Assembly: GCA_015068925.1 (NCBI GenBank)
Contig: SVJP01000001.1
Span: forward strand, 1,805 to 65,804
Length of the DNA stretch: 64,000 nt
Direction of reading: 5' to 3'
From: Oscillospiraceae bacterium
Lineage (GTDB): Bacteria > Bacillota > Clostridia > HGM11514
The position numbers and the translations under genes are program-made. Below are positions 39,493 to 48,907 of this stretch, one piece after another (the stretch's first letter is position 1; each line of letters starts with the position of its first letter). The notes under the pieces are model-generated. The model was not told the origin of the DNA and did no database searches. It worked only from the letters and a program-made list of their open reading frames with translations.

Positions 39493-41109
39493 ATGCCGCA
39501 AAAAAATGAAATCATGACTTTGACCGCCTGCGGATATACCAACGAAGGAGAAGGCGTTTGTCGGGCGGAGGGATTTGTTGTTTTTGTTCCCGGGATGTTG
39601 GAAGGGGAGCAGGCAGAGGTCCAATTATTGAAGGTGAAAAAGACCTATGCTTATGGGAAAATTGTCCGTTTACTGAACCAATCGGAAGAAAGAAATGAGA
39701 TTGATTGCCCGTCCTTCCCCCAATGCGGAGGATGTAAGCTTCGGCATATGTCTTACGAGGAAGAATTAAAGTTGAAAAAGCAGCTTGTGACAGATGCGGT
39801 GGAGCGAATCGGCGGATTGCATCTGAAGGTTTGGGAGGTGAGACCTTCTCCCAAGCAATTTCATTATCGGAATAAAGCTCAGCTTCCTGTGGGAATGGAG
39901 AATGGTGTTCCTGTTACGGGATTTTTTGCAGCACGGTCTCATCGTTTGGTTTCTTGTCAAAATTGCTTGATCGGGGACGAACGAACCGATCTTGCTTCCA
40001 AAGCCTTGGCAGAGTATATGCAAAAGACAGGGGCAACCGTTTATGATGAAACCACTCACCGCGGACTCATTCGCCATTTGTATCTTCGGTATGGTACCGA
40101 AAAAACCATGGTTTGTGTGGTAACAAACGGCAAGAAATTACCAAATTCCGAGCTTTTGTGTGAAAAAATGAGGAATGCATTAGGAGAACAAATTACGGTA
40201 GTGCAAAATGTGAACACCGAAAAAACCAATGTGGTGTTGGGGAAGGAAATGATTCCTCTCTTTGGTGACGGAACCATCAGCGACCGTCTTTGCGGTTTGG
40301 AATTTCAGATTTCACCCCATTCCTTTTTTCAGGTGAATCATGCTCAAACGGAGCAACTATATCAAAAAGCGGTGGAATTATCAGCCGTTTCCAAAGAGGA
40401 TACCATCCTTGATTTGTACTGCGGAATCGGCACCATGACCTTGCTGTTTGCAGATAAGGCAAAGAAGGCGTACGGCGTGGAAATTGTTCCTCAGGCCATT
40501 GAAAATGCCAAGAAAAACGCAGAGAAAAACGGGATTGAAAATGTGGAATTTTTATGCGGTGATGCCTCAACTGCGGTGAAAAAATTTGAGAATGAACCTG
40601 TGGATGTGGTGGTTGTTGACCCTCCCAGAACGGGATGTTCAGCTGAATTAATAGATTCGATTTTGAAAATTTCTCCCAAACGGATTATTTATGTTTCCTG
40701 TAATCCTGCCACCCTTGCACGGGATATGAAACTGTTTGCAGAGTCCGGGTACATGGGAGAAGAGGTGTATCCTTTTGATATGTTCCCAAGAACTGCGCAT
40801 GTGGAGACAGTAGCACTTTTGACCAAACTGAAAGAAAGCGACTCTATAACAGTTGAACTTAATTTGGATGAACTTGAAGTAACTGCACCCGAAATGAAAG
40901 CAACATATGGTCAGATAAAAGAATATGTTTTAAACAAATATGGTTTTAAGGTGTCGTCTTTAAATATTGCACAAGTTAAAAAAGAATGCGGAATTATTGA
41001 AAGAGAAAACTATAATAAACCATCGGATGACTACAAACAACCAAATTGTCCGAAAACAAAAGCGGATGCTATTAAAGATGCTTTTAAATATTTTAAGATG
41101 ATAAATTAG
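39493..41109 (+). CDS. rlmD: 23S rRNA (uracil-C5)-methyltransferase RlmD/RumA with an extra C-terminal extension of about 85 aa
   Basis: The N-terminal TRAM domain is followed by the 4Fe-4S Cys ligands (CPSFPQCGGCKLRHM...C). The SAM-methyltransferase motifs are DLYCGIGTMT and VVVDPPRTG, and the domain ends ...DMFPRTAHVETVALL. The AT-rich tail encodes KESDSITVELN...KDAFKYFKMIN. Confidence 0.85.
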   Translation: MPQKNEIMTLTACGYTNEGEGVCRAEGFVVFVPGMLEGEQAEVQLLKVKKTYAYGKIVRLLNQSEERNEIDCPSFPQCGGCKLRHMSYEEELKLKKQLVTDAVERIGGLHLKVWEVRPSPKQFHYRNKAQLPVGMENGVPVTGFFAARSHRLVSCQNCLIGDERTDLASKALAEYMQKTGATVYDETTHRGLIRHLYLRYGTEKTMVCVVTNGKKLPNSELLCEKMRNALGEQITVVQNVNTEKTNVVLGKEMIPLFGDGTISDRLCGLEFQISPHSFFQVNHAQTEQLYQKAVELSAVSKEDTILDLYCGIGTMTLLFADKAKKAYGVEIVPQAIENAKKNAEKNGIENVEFLCGDASTAVKKFENEPVDVVVVDPPRTGCSAELIDSILKISPKRIIYVSCNPATLARDMKLFAESGYMGEEVYPFDMFPRTAHVETVALLTKLKESDSITVELNLDELEVTAPEMKATYGQIKEYVLNKYGFKVSSLNIAQVKKECGIIERENYNKPSDDYKQPNCPKTKADAIKDAFKYFKMIN

Positions 41110-41151
41110 CAGTTTATAGTTCGGTGTTTCAACAGAAAGGATATAAATAAT

Positions 41152-41547
41152 ATGATAGTATTTAGAATGAGTACAAAACAAGGTAAAAAAATTGAATTTT
41201 CATATAGTGGTTATATGAAATACAAACCTAACAAATCATCAACTAGCGGATATGGTTCTGATGATTGGTTTTATCTTTGTTTTAGTCAAGATGAATCATA
41301 CATGCTTATATTTTCTGACGATGCAGGATATGGGACTATATGGGAATGTTTTCAGCTTGTTGAAGGCGAGAACGAAAAACTAAAAAATGCCGAAATTGAT
41401 TTGTGGATAGATACATATTTCAAAAAACGTGATCGATTCAGCATTTCTGGTTTGCATCTTGAAAATATTGATGAAGTTAAAGCTATATTACCAAAATGTT
41501 CAAGGTGTTATAACTTCAACGATCAACACTATCGTGGAATGTACTAA
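41152..41547 (+). CDS. Hypothetical protein in the AT-rich islet
   Basis: 131 aa with no recognisable motif. Low GC. Preceded by AAAGGATATAAATAAT. Confidence 0.4.
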   Translation: MIVFRMSTKQGKKIEFSYSGYMKYKPNKSSTSGYGSDDWFYLCFSQDESYMLIFSDDAGYGTIWECFQLVEGENEKLKNAEIDLWIDTYFKKRDRFSISGLHLENIDEVKAILPKCSRCYNFNDQHYRGMY

Positions 41548-41914
41548 AATGGGTATAGTAATCGGCAAGATAACTATACATCCAAAAGGGTATATCATAG
41601 TAAATCTAAAATGAAAGTTGAATATTTTTAAAATATATAAAAACAACAACTCGACCACACAAATGGGAAAGTTGATTTCTTTCCTGATTGCATGGCGAAA
41701 AAACTTTGAAAAACACCTGTTTTAGCAGGTTTGCAAAATGCCATAAGCCCTTATTACATAAGAGTTTATGGCATGACATATATAGTTTGTACAAAGGGTT
41801 TCACGCCGAGTGCGTTGTACTGCTTCAATAACTAAGTTTACCTGACAAAAACAAGATTTGTATTACACCAAAAACCGGTATAGAATGAAATGAAAATACA
41901 ACAAGAGAAAGCAG

Positions 41915-42784
41915 ATGAAAGTAATGAAAAAAGAATATTGTTATGCAGGGATTTCTATCTTTTTATGGTCTACCACAGCGACGGTGACGAAATTGTTGCT
42001 GGGGAGTCTGAACAGTATGCAAATTATGCTTGCAAGCTCCTTGTTTTCCTTTGTCTTTTTGTTTTTTTTCAATCTGGCAAAGGGGACATTTTTGGAACTG
42101 AAAACATACAAGCTGACCGATTATGTTCAAATCAGCGTCATCGGAACCATCGGGATTTTTTTATACCATTTATTTTTGTATCTGGGAATTGACCGCATGA
42201 ATGCTTCCCAAGCCTTTATCATCAATTATTTGTGGCCTATGATGACAATGGTGTTTGCATGTATCCTGTTAAAGGAAAAAATGACTCTGCAAAAGGGGAT
42301 TGCGATTTTCCTTTCCTTTCTTGGGGTGGTGCAGGTTACCGCAAACGGAAATCTTCTGCAGGTGGAAAAAAGCAGTATTGTCGGAGCGGTTTATTGCATC
42401 ATGGCAGCTCTTTCTTACGGATTGTTTTGTGTACTGAACAAGCAAAAACGGTACAATAAATATTTAAGCATGATGTTGTATTATTTTGTAGCCATGCTCA
42501 TATCATTGTTCTATATTGTTTTTACAAAGGATTGGTTTGTCCTTTCTTGGAGCCAAACAGCAGGAATGTTTTGGATTGGAGTGTTTACAACTGCAATCGC
42601 CTTTACCACCTGGGCGTTGGCATTGGCAAAAGGGGATACGGCGAAAATTTCAAATTTGGCTTACATCACTCCTTTTTTGTCCTTGGTTTGGACTTGGCTG
42701 ATTCTGAAGGAACCGCTGACTCTTTCTTCGGTTGTCGGTTTGGTTATGATTGTAGCGGGAATTTTAATTCAATTAAAAAAATAA
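41915..42784 (+). CDS. EamA/DMT-family transporter
   Basis: 289 aa with about 10 transmembrane helices in a duplicated EamA-like arrangement. Confidence 0.75.
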   Translation: MKVMKKEYCYAGISIFLWSTTATVTKLLLGSLNSMQIMLASSLFSFVFLFFFNLAKGTFLELKTYKLTDYVQISVIGTIGIFLYHLFLYLGIDRMNASQAFIINYLWPMMTMVFACILLKEKMTLQKGIAIFLSFLGVVQVTANGNLLQVEKSSIVGAVYCIMAALSYGLFCVLNKQKRYNKYLSMMLYYFVAMLISLFYIVFTKDWFVLSWSQTAGMFWIGVFTTAIAFTTWALALAKGDTAKISNLAYITPFLSLVWTWLILKEPLTLSSVVGLVMIVAGILIQLKK

Positions 42785-42794
42785 GGAGATTGGA

Positions 42795-43325
42795 ATGAAA
42801 ACGATTGTAGTTTATAAAACCAAATACGGTTCCACAAAGAAGTATGCAGAGTGGATCGGAGAAGAACTGAATTGCCCCGTTGTTGAGGCGAAATCGGTAA
42901 AAGCGGAGGATTTGGCAGAGTATGACGCCATTGTTTACGGCGGAGGGCTGTATGCCGAGGTGATCAACGGTGTTACTCTATTGACCAAAAATATGGAAAA
43001 ATTGGAAGGGAAAAGGTTGGCGATTTATACTACGGGCATTACCCCCTTGGAATATGAGGAATATTACGGAAAAATGGTAATGGAGAAAAATTTCAAACCC
43101 GAAATCAGAGGAAAAATAAAAACATTCCATTTCTTGGGTAAAATGGTTTTGAAGGAATTGTCTCCCGTGCACAGAACTGCGCTGAAAACCTTGAAGAAAA
43201 TCATGTCCTCTAAGGAAAATCCAACCGAAATGGAGCGACTGTTGGTGACTCTTTGTGATGCAGACGGGGATTTTTCCGATCGGGAGTCTATCAAACCATT
43301 GATTGAATACATAAGAGAAGGATGA
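42795..43325 (+). CDS. Flavodoxin-domain protein
   Basis: MKTIVVYKTKYGSTKKYAEWIGEEL is a flavodoxin-like FMN-binding N-terminus. Confidence 0.7.
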   Translation: MKTIVVYKTKYGSTKKYAEWIGEELNCPVVEAKSVKAEDLAEYDAIVYGGGLYAEVINGVTLLTKNMEKLEGKRLAIYTTGITPLEYEEYYGKMVMEKNFKPEIRGKIKTFHFLGKMVLKELSPVHRTALKTLKKIMSSKENPTEMERLLVTLCDADGDFSDRESIKPLIEYIREG

Positions 43326-43329
43326 TAGC

Positions 43330-44013
43330 ATGAAAGGATTTTTAACAGGAAATCAATTAAAAATCATTGCGTTGATTCTGATGACCGTTGATCATGTGGG
43401 ACAGGAATTGTTTCCCGACCAACTGATTTTTCGCATCATCGGAAGACTTGCGTTTCCGATTTTTGCTTATATGATTGCAGAAGGTTGCACTTATACCAAA
43501 AACAAAAAACGTTATCTTGGCCTGATGGCAGGGTTGGCACTTGTTTGTCAGTTGGTTTATTTTATTGTTATGGATTCCTTGTACCAATGTGTTTTGGTTA
43601 CGTTTTCCTTATCCATTTGCTTGATTTATCTGGTAGACGATACCGTGAAAAAGAGAAGCGGAATGGGAATTGTGCTGCTTTGTCTTTCTTTGATTGGTGT
43701 GTTTTATCTGACAGAATTGCTCCCAAAAATATTGACAGGCAGTACTTTTCGAATTGATTATGATTTTTGGGGTGTTATGCTTCCCGTATTGATTTATTTG
43801 CCCAAAACAAAATGGGGAAAACTAGCGATGGCTGCATTGGGACTCATTTTGCTTTCCTTGTCTTTTGGCAGTATTCAATGGTATTCTTTGGTTTCTCTAT
43901 TGTTCCTTGCCTTGTATAACGGAAAACGTGGACCATGGAAGATGAAATATTTATTTTATGTGTATTATCCTTTGCATTTGATAGTAATTCATTTGATAGT
44001 AAGGTGTTTTTAA
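43330..44013 (+). CDS. TraX-family membrane protein
   Basis: LKIIALILMTVDHVG...LAFPIFAYMIAEGCTYTKNKKRY is the TraX family signature. Confidence 0.75.
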   Translation: MKGFLTGNQLKIIALILMTVDHVGQELFPDQLIFRIIGRLAFPIFAYMIAEGCTYTKNKKRYLGLMAGLALVCQLVYFIVMDSLYQCVLVTFSLSICLIYLVDDTVKKRSGMGIVLLCLSLIGVFYLTELLPKILTGSTFRIDYDFWGVMLPVLIYLPKTKWGKLAMAALGLILLSLSFGSIQWYSLVSLLFLALYNGKRGPWKMKYLFYVYYPLHLIVIHLIVRCF

Positions 44014-44090
44014 AGAAACCAACTTCGACCAAGTTAGTACTTCGTGATTTCTTGTAAGATTAAAAACAATAATGTTATTTCAGCTTTTTG

Positions 44091-44124
44091 AGGGGTGAAA
44101 TCCGTATTTCAGGATTTCACCCCT
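44091..44124. repeat. Perfect 13 bp-stem hairpin between the convergent traX and GH3 genes
   Basis: AGGGGTGAAATCC-gtatttca-GGATTTCACCCCT. No U-tract on either strand, so its role as a terminator is uncertain. Confidence 0.4.
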
Positions 44125-44197
44125 TAGTGATATGTTAGTATAAAAGCACAGGCATTTCAAGGAGAAGGAATTGACCTCTTGGATTCCATTCACAGTA

Positions 44198-45877
44198 TTA
44201 CCATTTCATATGATCCGGTATTAATTTTACCGGACTTTCTCCCACAAGGGGAATTTCACCATAAACGGCTTTTACAAATGCTTTCATGGAGTCCGGATTT
44301 TTTCCGTAGGTGTTAATAAATGCAGGAGCATTTCCCATGATATCATAATGAATATAAGGATACCCCATAGAAACACCGATGGATTTTTCTCGACCTTCTC
44401 CAAATGCATAAATATAGCTTCTGCATTCATCCCCGAATAAGGTGGGCCATCCCATGGGAACATGGCTTGCAACATATGCCACATAGATAATCAGGTCAGA
44501 GGTTTCGTTAAATCGTTTTACATCCGGCTTTCCGCCTACCCGACGTTGCATCGTAACGGTTGCTCCCCTTGCTTCAAACTCTTTCTTCATGCACTCCAAT
44601 TCGTTTGAAAATCCATCTGAATGAGAAGAACAAACAATGGTCACATGTTTGATATCACTTTGCTTTACGGGAATCAAACCATATTTATCTCTTACTAAAG
44701 TAATGCTCTTTTCCGCAATCTTTTGATTGAGTGCCTGGGTTTCTTTGACAACATCTTCCCCTTTGTAGGGAGGGGAAAAATAGTTATCTTCAAACAATCC
44801 CATTTTTTCTTTCATATCTATGATTCTTTGACAAGCATCATCAATTCTTGATTCCGGCAATTCCCCTTCCAGTACCGCTTCTTCCAGCAATGCAGCAGTT
44901 CTGAGTTCGCAACCTAAAATCACATCGTTTCCTGCTTTTAACAGTTCTACCATTCGTTTCTTATAATCACTGTAAGTTGAAACGCAGGATGCCATTTCCA
45001 CTGCATCCGTTACTACAACGCCCTTAAAGTTCATCTTACCCTTCAGCAAATCAGTTACAATCTTTTTGGAAAATGCAGACGGAATATATTCTTCATTGAT
45101 TTTGGTATCATCAATCGCAGGAAAAGAAGTAAATCCTACCATAACAGAATAAACACCGCCATCGAAAATTTCCTGAAAAATTCTTCCTTGTTCACTCCAC
45201 CATTCTTCTTCGGAAGAAGAAAGAATACTGTTACAAAAATGTCCATCACGATATTCATAACGATCATTTCCCGGAAAATGCTTTGCGGTTGCCGCTAACC
45301 CTTCTGACTGCATTCCCTTAATATAAGAATTGGTTAAACGAATCATTTTATCCGGATCATCAGGAGAAATGGACCGCATAACCGCCAACGAAAATCTGTT
45401 TGAAATATCTACAGGTGGTGCCCATCTCCAGTTAATTCCCGCACAACGAAGCTCTTTTGCAACACATTTGCCCAATTCGAACAAATCCTGCTCCGAATTG
45501 GCAGCACCTAAAGCCAAAGGACCGCAAATAGAGGTCAGCCCGTTAAACTGTGTTCCCGCACCTTCGTGTTCGGCATCTGCCGCCATGAGAGCAGGAATTT
45601 TTGTCCAACTGCTGTGCATTGCCAACATCTGACGATTCGTTTCGTAGTCCAGTTTTCCTGCCGCTTCGGGAACCAGGTCAACACCTTGATTGGCAACCTT
45701 TAATCCTTCCCAATAAGCACCAAATTGATTTTCCTGAATAAGAGCTTTTCGTTCTTCATCCGTTCTCTGAATCCGATAATCTGTTTCACATTCCCGATAA
45801 AAATACCAGGGATACGGAATCAGACATTGCCCGATTTTTTCTCTTAAGGTAAGCTCGCTTAATAAGGGCTTTTTCAT
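44198..45877 (-). CDS. GH3-family beta-N-acetylhexosaminidase-like glycosidase (NagZ-like)
   Basis: Start at MKKPLLSELTLREKIGQ, 8 nt after GAGGA. GH3 N-terminal catalytic domain plus a C-terminal domain. Confidence 0.8.
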   Translation of the reverse strand: MKKPLLSELTLREKIGQCLIPYPWYFYRECETDYRIQRTDEERKALIQENQFGAYWEGLKVANQGVDLVPEAAGKLDYETNRQMLAMHSSWTKIPALMAADAEHEGAGTQFNGLTSICGPLALGAANSEQDLFELGKCVAKELRCAGINWRWAPPVDISNRFSLAVMRSISPDDPDKMIRLTNSYIKGMQSEGLAATAKHFPGNDRYEYRDGHFCNSILSSSEEEWWSEQGRIFQEIFDGGVYSVMVGFTSFPAIDDTKINEEYIPSAFSKKIVTDLLKGKMNFKGVVVTDAVEMASCVSTYSDYKKRMVELLKAGNDVILGCELRTAALLEEAVLEGELPESRIDDACQRIIDMKEKMGLFEDNYFSPPYKGEDVVKETQALNQKIAEKSITLVRDKYGLIPVKQSDIKHVTIVCSSHSDGFSNELECMKKEFEARGATVTMQRRVGGKPDVKRFNETSDLIIYVAYVASHVPMGWPTLFGDECRSYIYAFGEGREKSIGVSMGYPYIHYDIMGNAPAFINTYGKNPDSMKAFVKAVYGEIPLVGESPVKLIPDHMKW

Positions 45878-45914
45878 AGTAATCATCCTCTTTCTTACAA
45901 TTTTTCTTTTCGTT

Positions 45915-46790
45915 CTAACCATGAATCAGCAATAATCCTCCAAATGCCAAAAGAATTCCGAATCCTGACCGCTTGGTCATCTTTTCACGGAAACAAAAGC
46001 TTGCCATCAAAGTAGACAAAATCAAAGCCACCCCCTGACACAAAGGATAAAGCTGAATAGGGTCTAAATAATTTGCTGCTAAAGTTTTGAAAAAGGAACC
46101 GGAGAAAAGGCAGATTGCCATAACCAGCAAATAACCAAAAATTTCCCTTAGCTTCACTGTAGGAGACGCTGATTTCTTCCCTGTTTGCAACAGAAAAACC
46201 AAAATGATCCCTGTGAATAAATAAGTATAAAAGTTAAATAATAATGCAGAATCCGAACCATATTCCGCGAACAATTTTTGGGACAAATCAGTAACTCCGT
46301 TTGACAATCCACAGGCAATCAAAGTAAGAATCGCTTTGGACGTCAATTTTCCTTTTACAGAGATATGGTAAGAACACATGACATAAGCTGCCAATACCAG
46401 CAAAAAAATCCCCATCCATTGCTTGGCGGACACTTGATTTCCAAACAGAACCATTCCGAATAAAACAGGAATCAGCAACCCGAGCATCAGCAATACTTCC
46501 ACCATTATATAAGCCCCTTGTCTGACCGAAAGCAGCCAGGAAACCAGAAAAACCGCGGTAGAAATTCCTGATAAGGCTGAAATCAGCACAGTAATTCCGC
46601 CAGGAATCAAATCAGAAATTCCTTCCCCAAATACCACCAACAAAAATCCGATGATAATACACATTCCCATTCTGAGACTGTTGGCAACCAAAGCATCCAT
46701 ATAGTGATTGGTATATCCGCTTATTTTCTTTCCGCAATACCCCTTTGCGGTTCCTGACAACACCGAAATCAATAACAATAAATAGCCCAT
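45915..46790 (-). CDS. DMT/EamA-like integral membrane transporter
   Basis: Start at MGYLLLLISV, 7 nt after AAGAGGAAAG. About 9 to 10 transmembrane helices. Confidence 0.55.
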   Translation of the reverse strand: MGYLLLLISVLSGTAKGYCGKKISGYTNHYMDALVANSLRMGMCIIIGFLLVVFGEGISDLIPGGITVLISALSGISTAVFLVSWLLSVRQGAYIMVEVLLMLGLLIPVLFGMVLFGNQVSAKQWMGIFLLVLAAYVMCSYHISVKGKLTSKAILTLIACGLSNGVTDLSQKLFAEYGSDSALLFNFYTYLFTGIILVFLLQTGKKSASPTVKLREIFGYLLVMAICLFSGSFFKTLAANYLDPIQLYPLCQGVALILSTLMASFCFREKMTKRSGFGILLAFGGLLLIHG

Positions 46791-46915
46791 CAATTCTTTC
46801 CTCTTTTGAATACGATTCTGCTTCTTTTCTGTTGCTCGAGACATTTTTTTCAGTATATCAAATCGATAGTAAAAAGTCAATGTCATTTTCTATCCAATTA
46901 TTGTATTATTCGATA

Positions 46916-47731
46916 CTACCGATTTCCTTTATCAAATTCCACCGCCTTTCTGATGCTCCAGTCATTTTGTTCCAAAAGTTCTTTTGCTTTTTCGTAATCA
47001 CAATCGCAAATTTCCGTCACAATCCGAACCATACGATCTGTTAACTTAATATTACTCGGTCTTAGGTTAATCATCATATTTTCATATACATAACCCATTT
47101 TTACCATGGAACAGGTGGTGAGAATATTCAAAACCATTTTATGGGCTGTTCCTGCCTTTAATCGGGTGGAACCGGTAATGACCTCGGCGCCTGTATCGGT
47201 GACAATAGCATAATCGCTGACAGCTTCTATTTTTGTTCCGTAATTACTGCTTAGGGAAACGGTTACTGCACCAAGGCTGCGTGCCATCTTCAATGCACCT
47301 TCCACATATGCTGCTCCTCCTGCAACAGAAATTCCGACTACCACATCACCCGACTTTACACCATTGGCTTTGATATCCTCGGCTCCCTTTTCTGCCTTGT
47401 CTTCCGCACCTTCTGCCGCCCTTCTCATGCAGTCGTCACCGCCTGCAATGATGCCGTTGACCATATCGTAATCTACACCAAAAGTAGGCGGACATTCTGC
47501 CGCATCCAGAACCCCCAGTCTCCCCGATGTTCCCGCACCGATAAAGAACAGGCGTCCACCCTTTTGAAAGGATTCTGCAATCACTTCTACCACTTTTTCT
47601 ATTTGCTTCGAAGCTTGCTCTACTGCCTTTACCGCATGATAATTTTCTTCACACATGACCGAAACCATTTCATGCACACTCATCTTGTCAATATGTTTGG
47701 TCTTTTCATTTCTCATCTCTGTTTTCAGCAT
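46916..47731 (-). CDS. murQ: N-acetylmuramic acid 6-phosphate etherase
   Basis: SIS domain GGRLFFIGAGTSGRLGVLDAAECPPTFG with the MurQ N-terminus MLKTEMRNEKTKHID. Confidence 0.88.
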   Translation of the reverse strand: MLKTEMRNEKTKHIDKMSVHEMVSVMCEENYHAVKAVEQASKQIEKVVEVIAESFQKGGRLFFIGAGTSGRLGVLDAAECPPTFGVDYDMVNGIIAGGDDCMRRAAEGAEDKAEKGAEDIKANGVKSGDVVVGISVAGGAAYVEGALKMARSLGAVTVSLSSNYGTKIEAVSDYAIVTDTGAEVITGSTRLKAGTAHKMVLNILTTCSMVKMGYVYENMMINLRPSNIKLTDRMVRIVTEICDCDYEKAKELLEQNDWSIRKAVEFDKGNR

Positions 47732-48890
47732 TGGTTTCCTCCAAAAATTTTTTATAGTGTTTTTTAAAACGGTTTAAGAAAGACGAATCTGTTTTCTTGA
47801 GCATGCGATAACATCCTAAAGCGGCGCCGCAAATCTGAGGTTCGTTTGCAAATAAAACTTCAAATTCCTTTTCAATTTTCTCAAGCAATGCCATTTGAAA
47901 CTCAGGATTTCCGCATACAATTCCTCCCGAGAGAACTACTTGTTTTCCGCAAGGATACTGCTCTGCCGCCCGATTGATTAAGAATGCTAAACTTTCTGCA
48001 TTGTGCTCAATAATTTCCTTTGCGTTTTTGTCTTTTTGTTGATATGCTTCAAATGCTACCTTAGCAAAAGAAGCAATAAAATCCGTACCGGAAGAATAAA
48101 TTACATCAATTTTGTTCCATACATTTCCGCCAAGCTTCTGTTCTACCAAATCCAACAGCACACTTTTTTCTTTTATACCGTCCTTTTGTTCCAAAGCAGT
48201 TCGAATCACATCACGACCAATATCAAATCCACTTCCTGCCTGGTCTAATAAATATCCCCAACCGCCCAAACGGTGCAGTTGGTTTCCGCATTTTGCATAC
48301 ACAATGGAACCGGTTCCGCAAATTGCTGCAATACAGTTTTCGTGTTTTCCCATACTGTAAATCACATTTAAAATATCGGTTTGCACCTCAATTTTCATGG
48401 TGCGGTAACGATTCTTCAAAAATGTCAGCATCTTTTTTCTGTTATCACCCGATGCCGCTCCTGCCACACCTGCATAAATTGCACAGATATTAATATTTTG
48501 TTCTAACATACTGTCAATGCCTTTTGCAAGCAAAAAACAGCTTTTTTCCATTCCGTAAGCATTGGGATTGCTTCCTTCCAACACAAGTCTGCTGAGAATC
48601 TCTGCCTTCTCTGTGAACAAAACAAATTCAGTCTTTGTACCGCCACCATCAATAGCGAGCATAACAGATTGTTTTTCTTCTTCATGAAGCCCCAATAAAC
48701 GATCAATAGATAGTTCGAAAATCTGAGCGATTTGGCAAAGCTTGTCTATATCAGGAACTGAAAGTCCCAGTTCCCATTTTGACACATTTTGTGCCGTCAT
48801 ATAAAGCTTTTTCGCAAGCTGTTCCTGAGTCATTCCTCTCATTTTTCTGAATTTTTTGATGTTGAAAGCCAAGGTTTTATAGTCAAACAT
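47706..48890 (-). CDS. XRE-type HTH fused to a BadF/BadG/BcrA/BcrD-type sugar kinase (MurNAc/GlcNAc kinase-like)
   Basis: N-terminal HTH (MTQEQLAKKLYMTAQNVSKWELG), then the ATPase domain LAIDGGGTKTEFVLF. Its 3' end overlaps murQ by 26 nt. Confidence 0.7.
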   Translation of the reverse strand: MFDYKTLAFNIKKFRKMRGMTQEQLAKKLYMTAQNVSKWELGLSVPDIDKLCQIAQIFELSIDRLLGLHEEEKQSVMLAIDGGGTKTEFVLFTEKAEILSRLVLEGSNPNAYGMEKSCFLLAKGIDSMLEQNINICAIYAGVAGAASGDNRKKMLTFLKNRYRTMKIEVQTDILNVIYSMGKHENCIAAICGTGSIVYAKCGNQLHRLGGWGYLLDQAGSGFDIGRDVIRTALEQKDGIKEKSVLLDLVEQKLGGNVWNKIDVIYSSGTDFIASFAKVAFEAYQQKDKNAKEIIEHNAESLAFLINRAAEQYPCGKQVVLSGGIVCGNPEFQMALLEKIEKEFEVLFANEPQICGAALGCYRMLKKTDSSFLNRFKKHYKKFLEETNAENRDEK

Positions 48891-48907
48891 ACAACCACTT
48901 CCTTTTT

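Noticed and set aside
41548-41613. 21-codon ORF MGIVIGKITIHPKGYIIVNLK starting directly after the islet ORF
   Set aside because: No Shine-Dalgarno site, very short, and sits in AT-rich DNA where chance ORFs are common.
39493-41914. An intact integrative element (ICE or prophage) at the rumA 3' end
   Set aside because: No integrase, relaxase, recombinase or flanking direct repeats are visible. Only about 1.1 kb of AT-rich DNA is present. I therefore report it as an islet or remnant, not as a mobile element.
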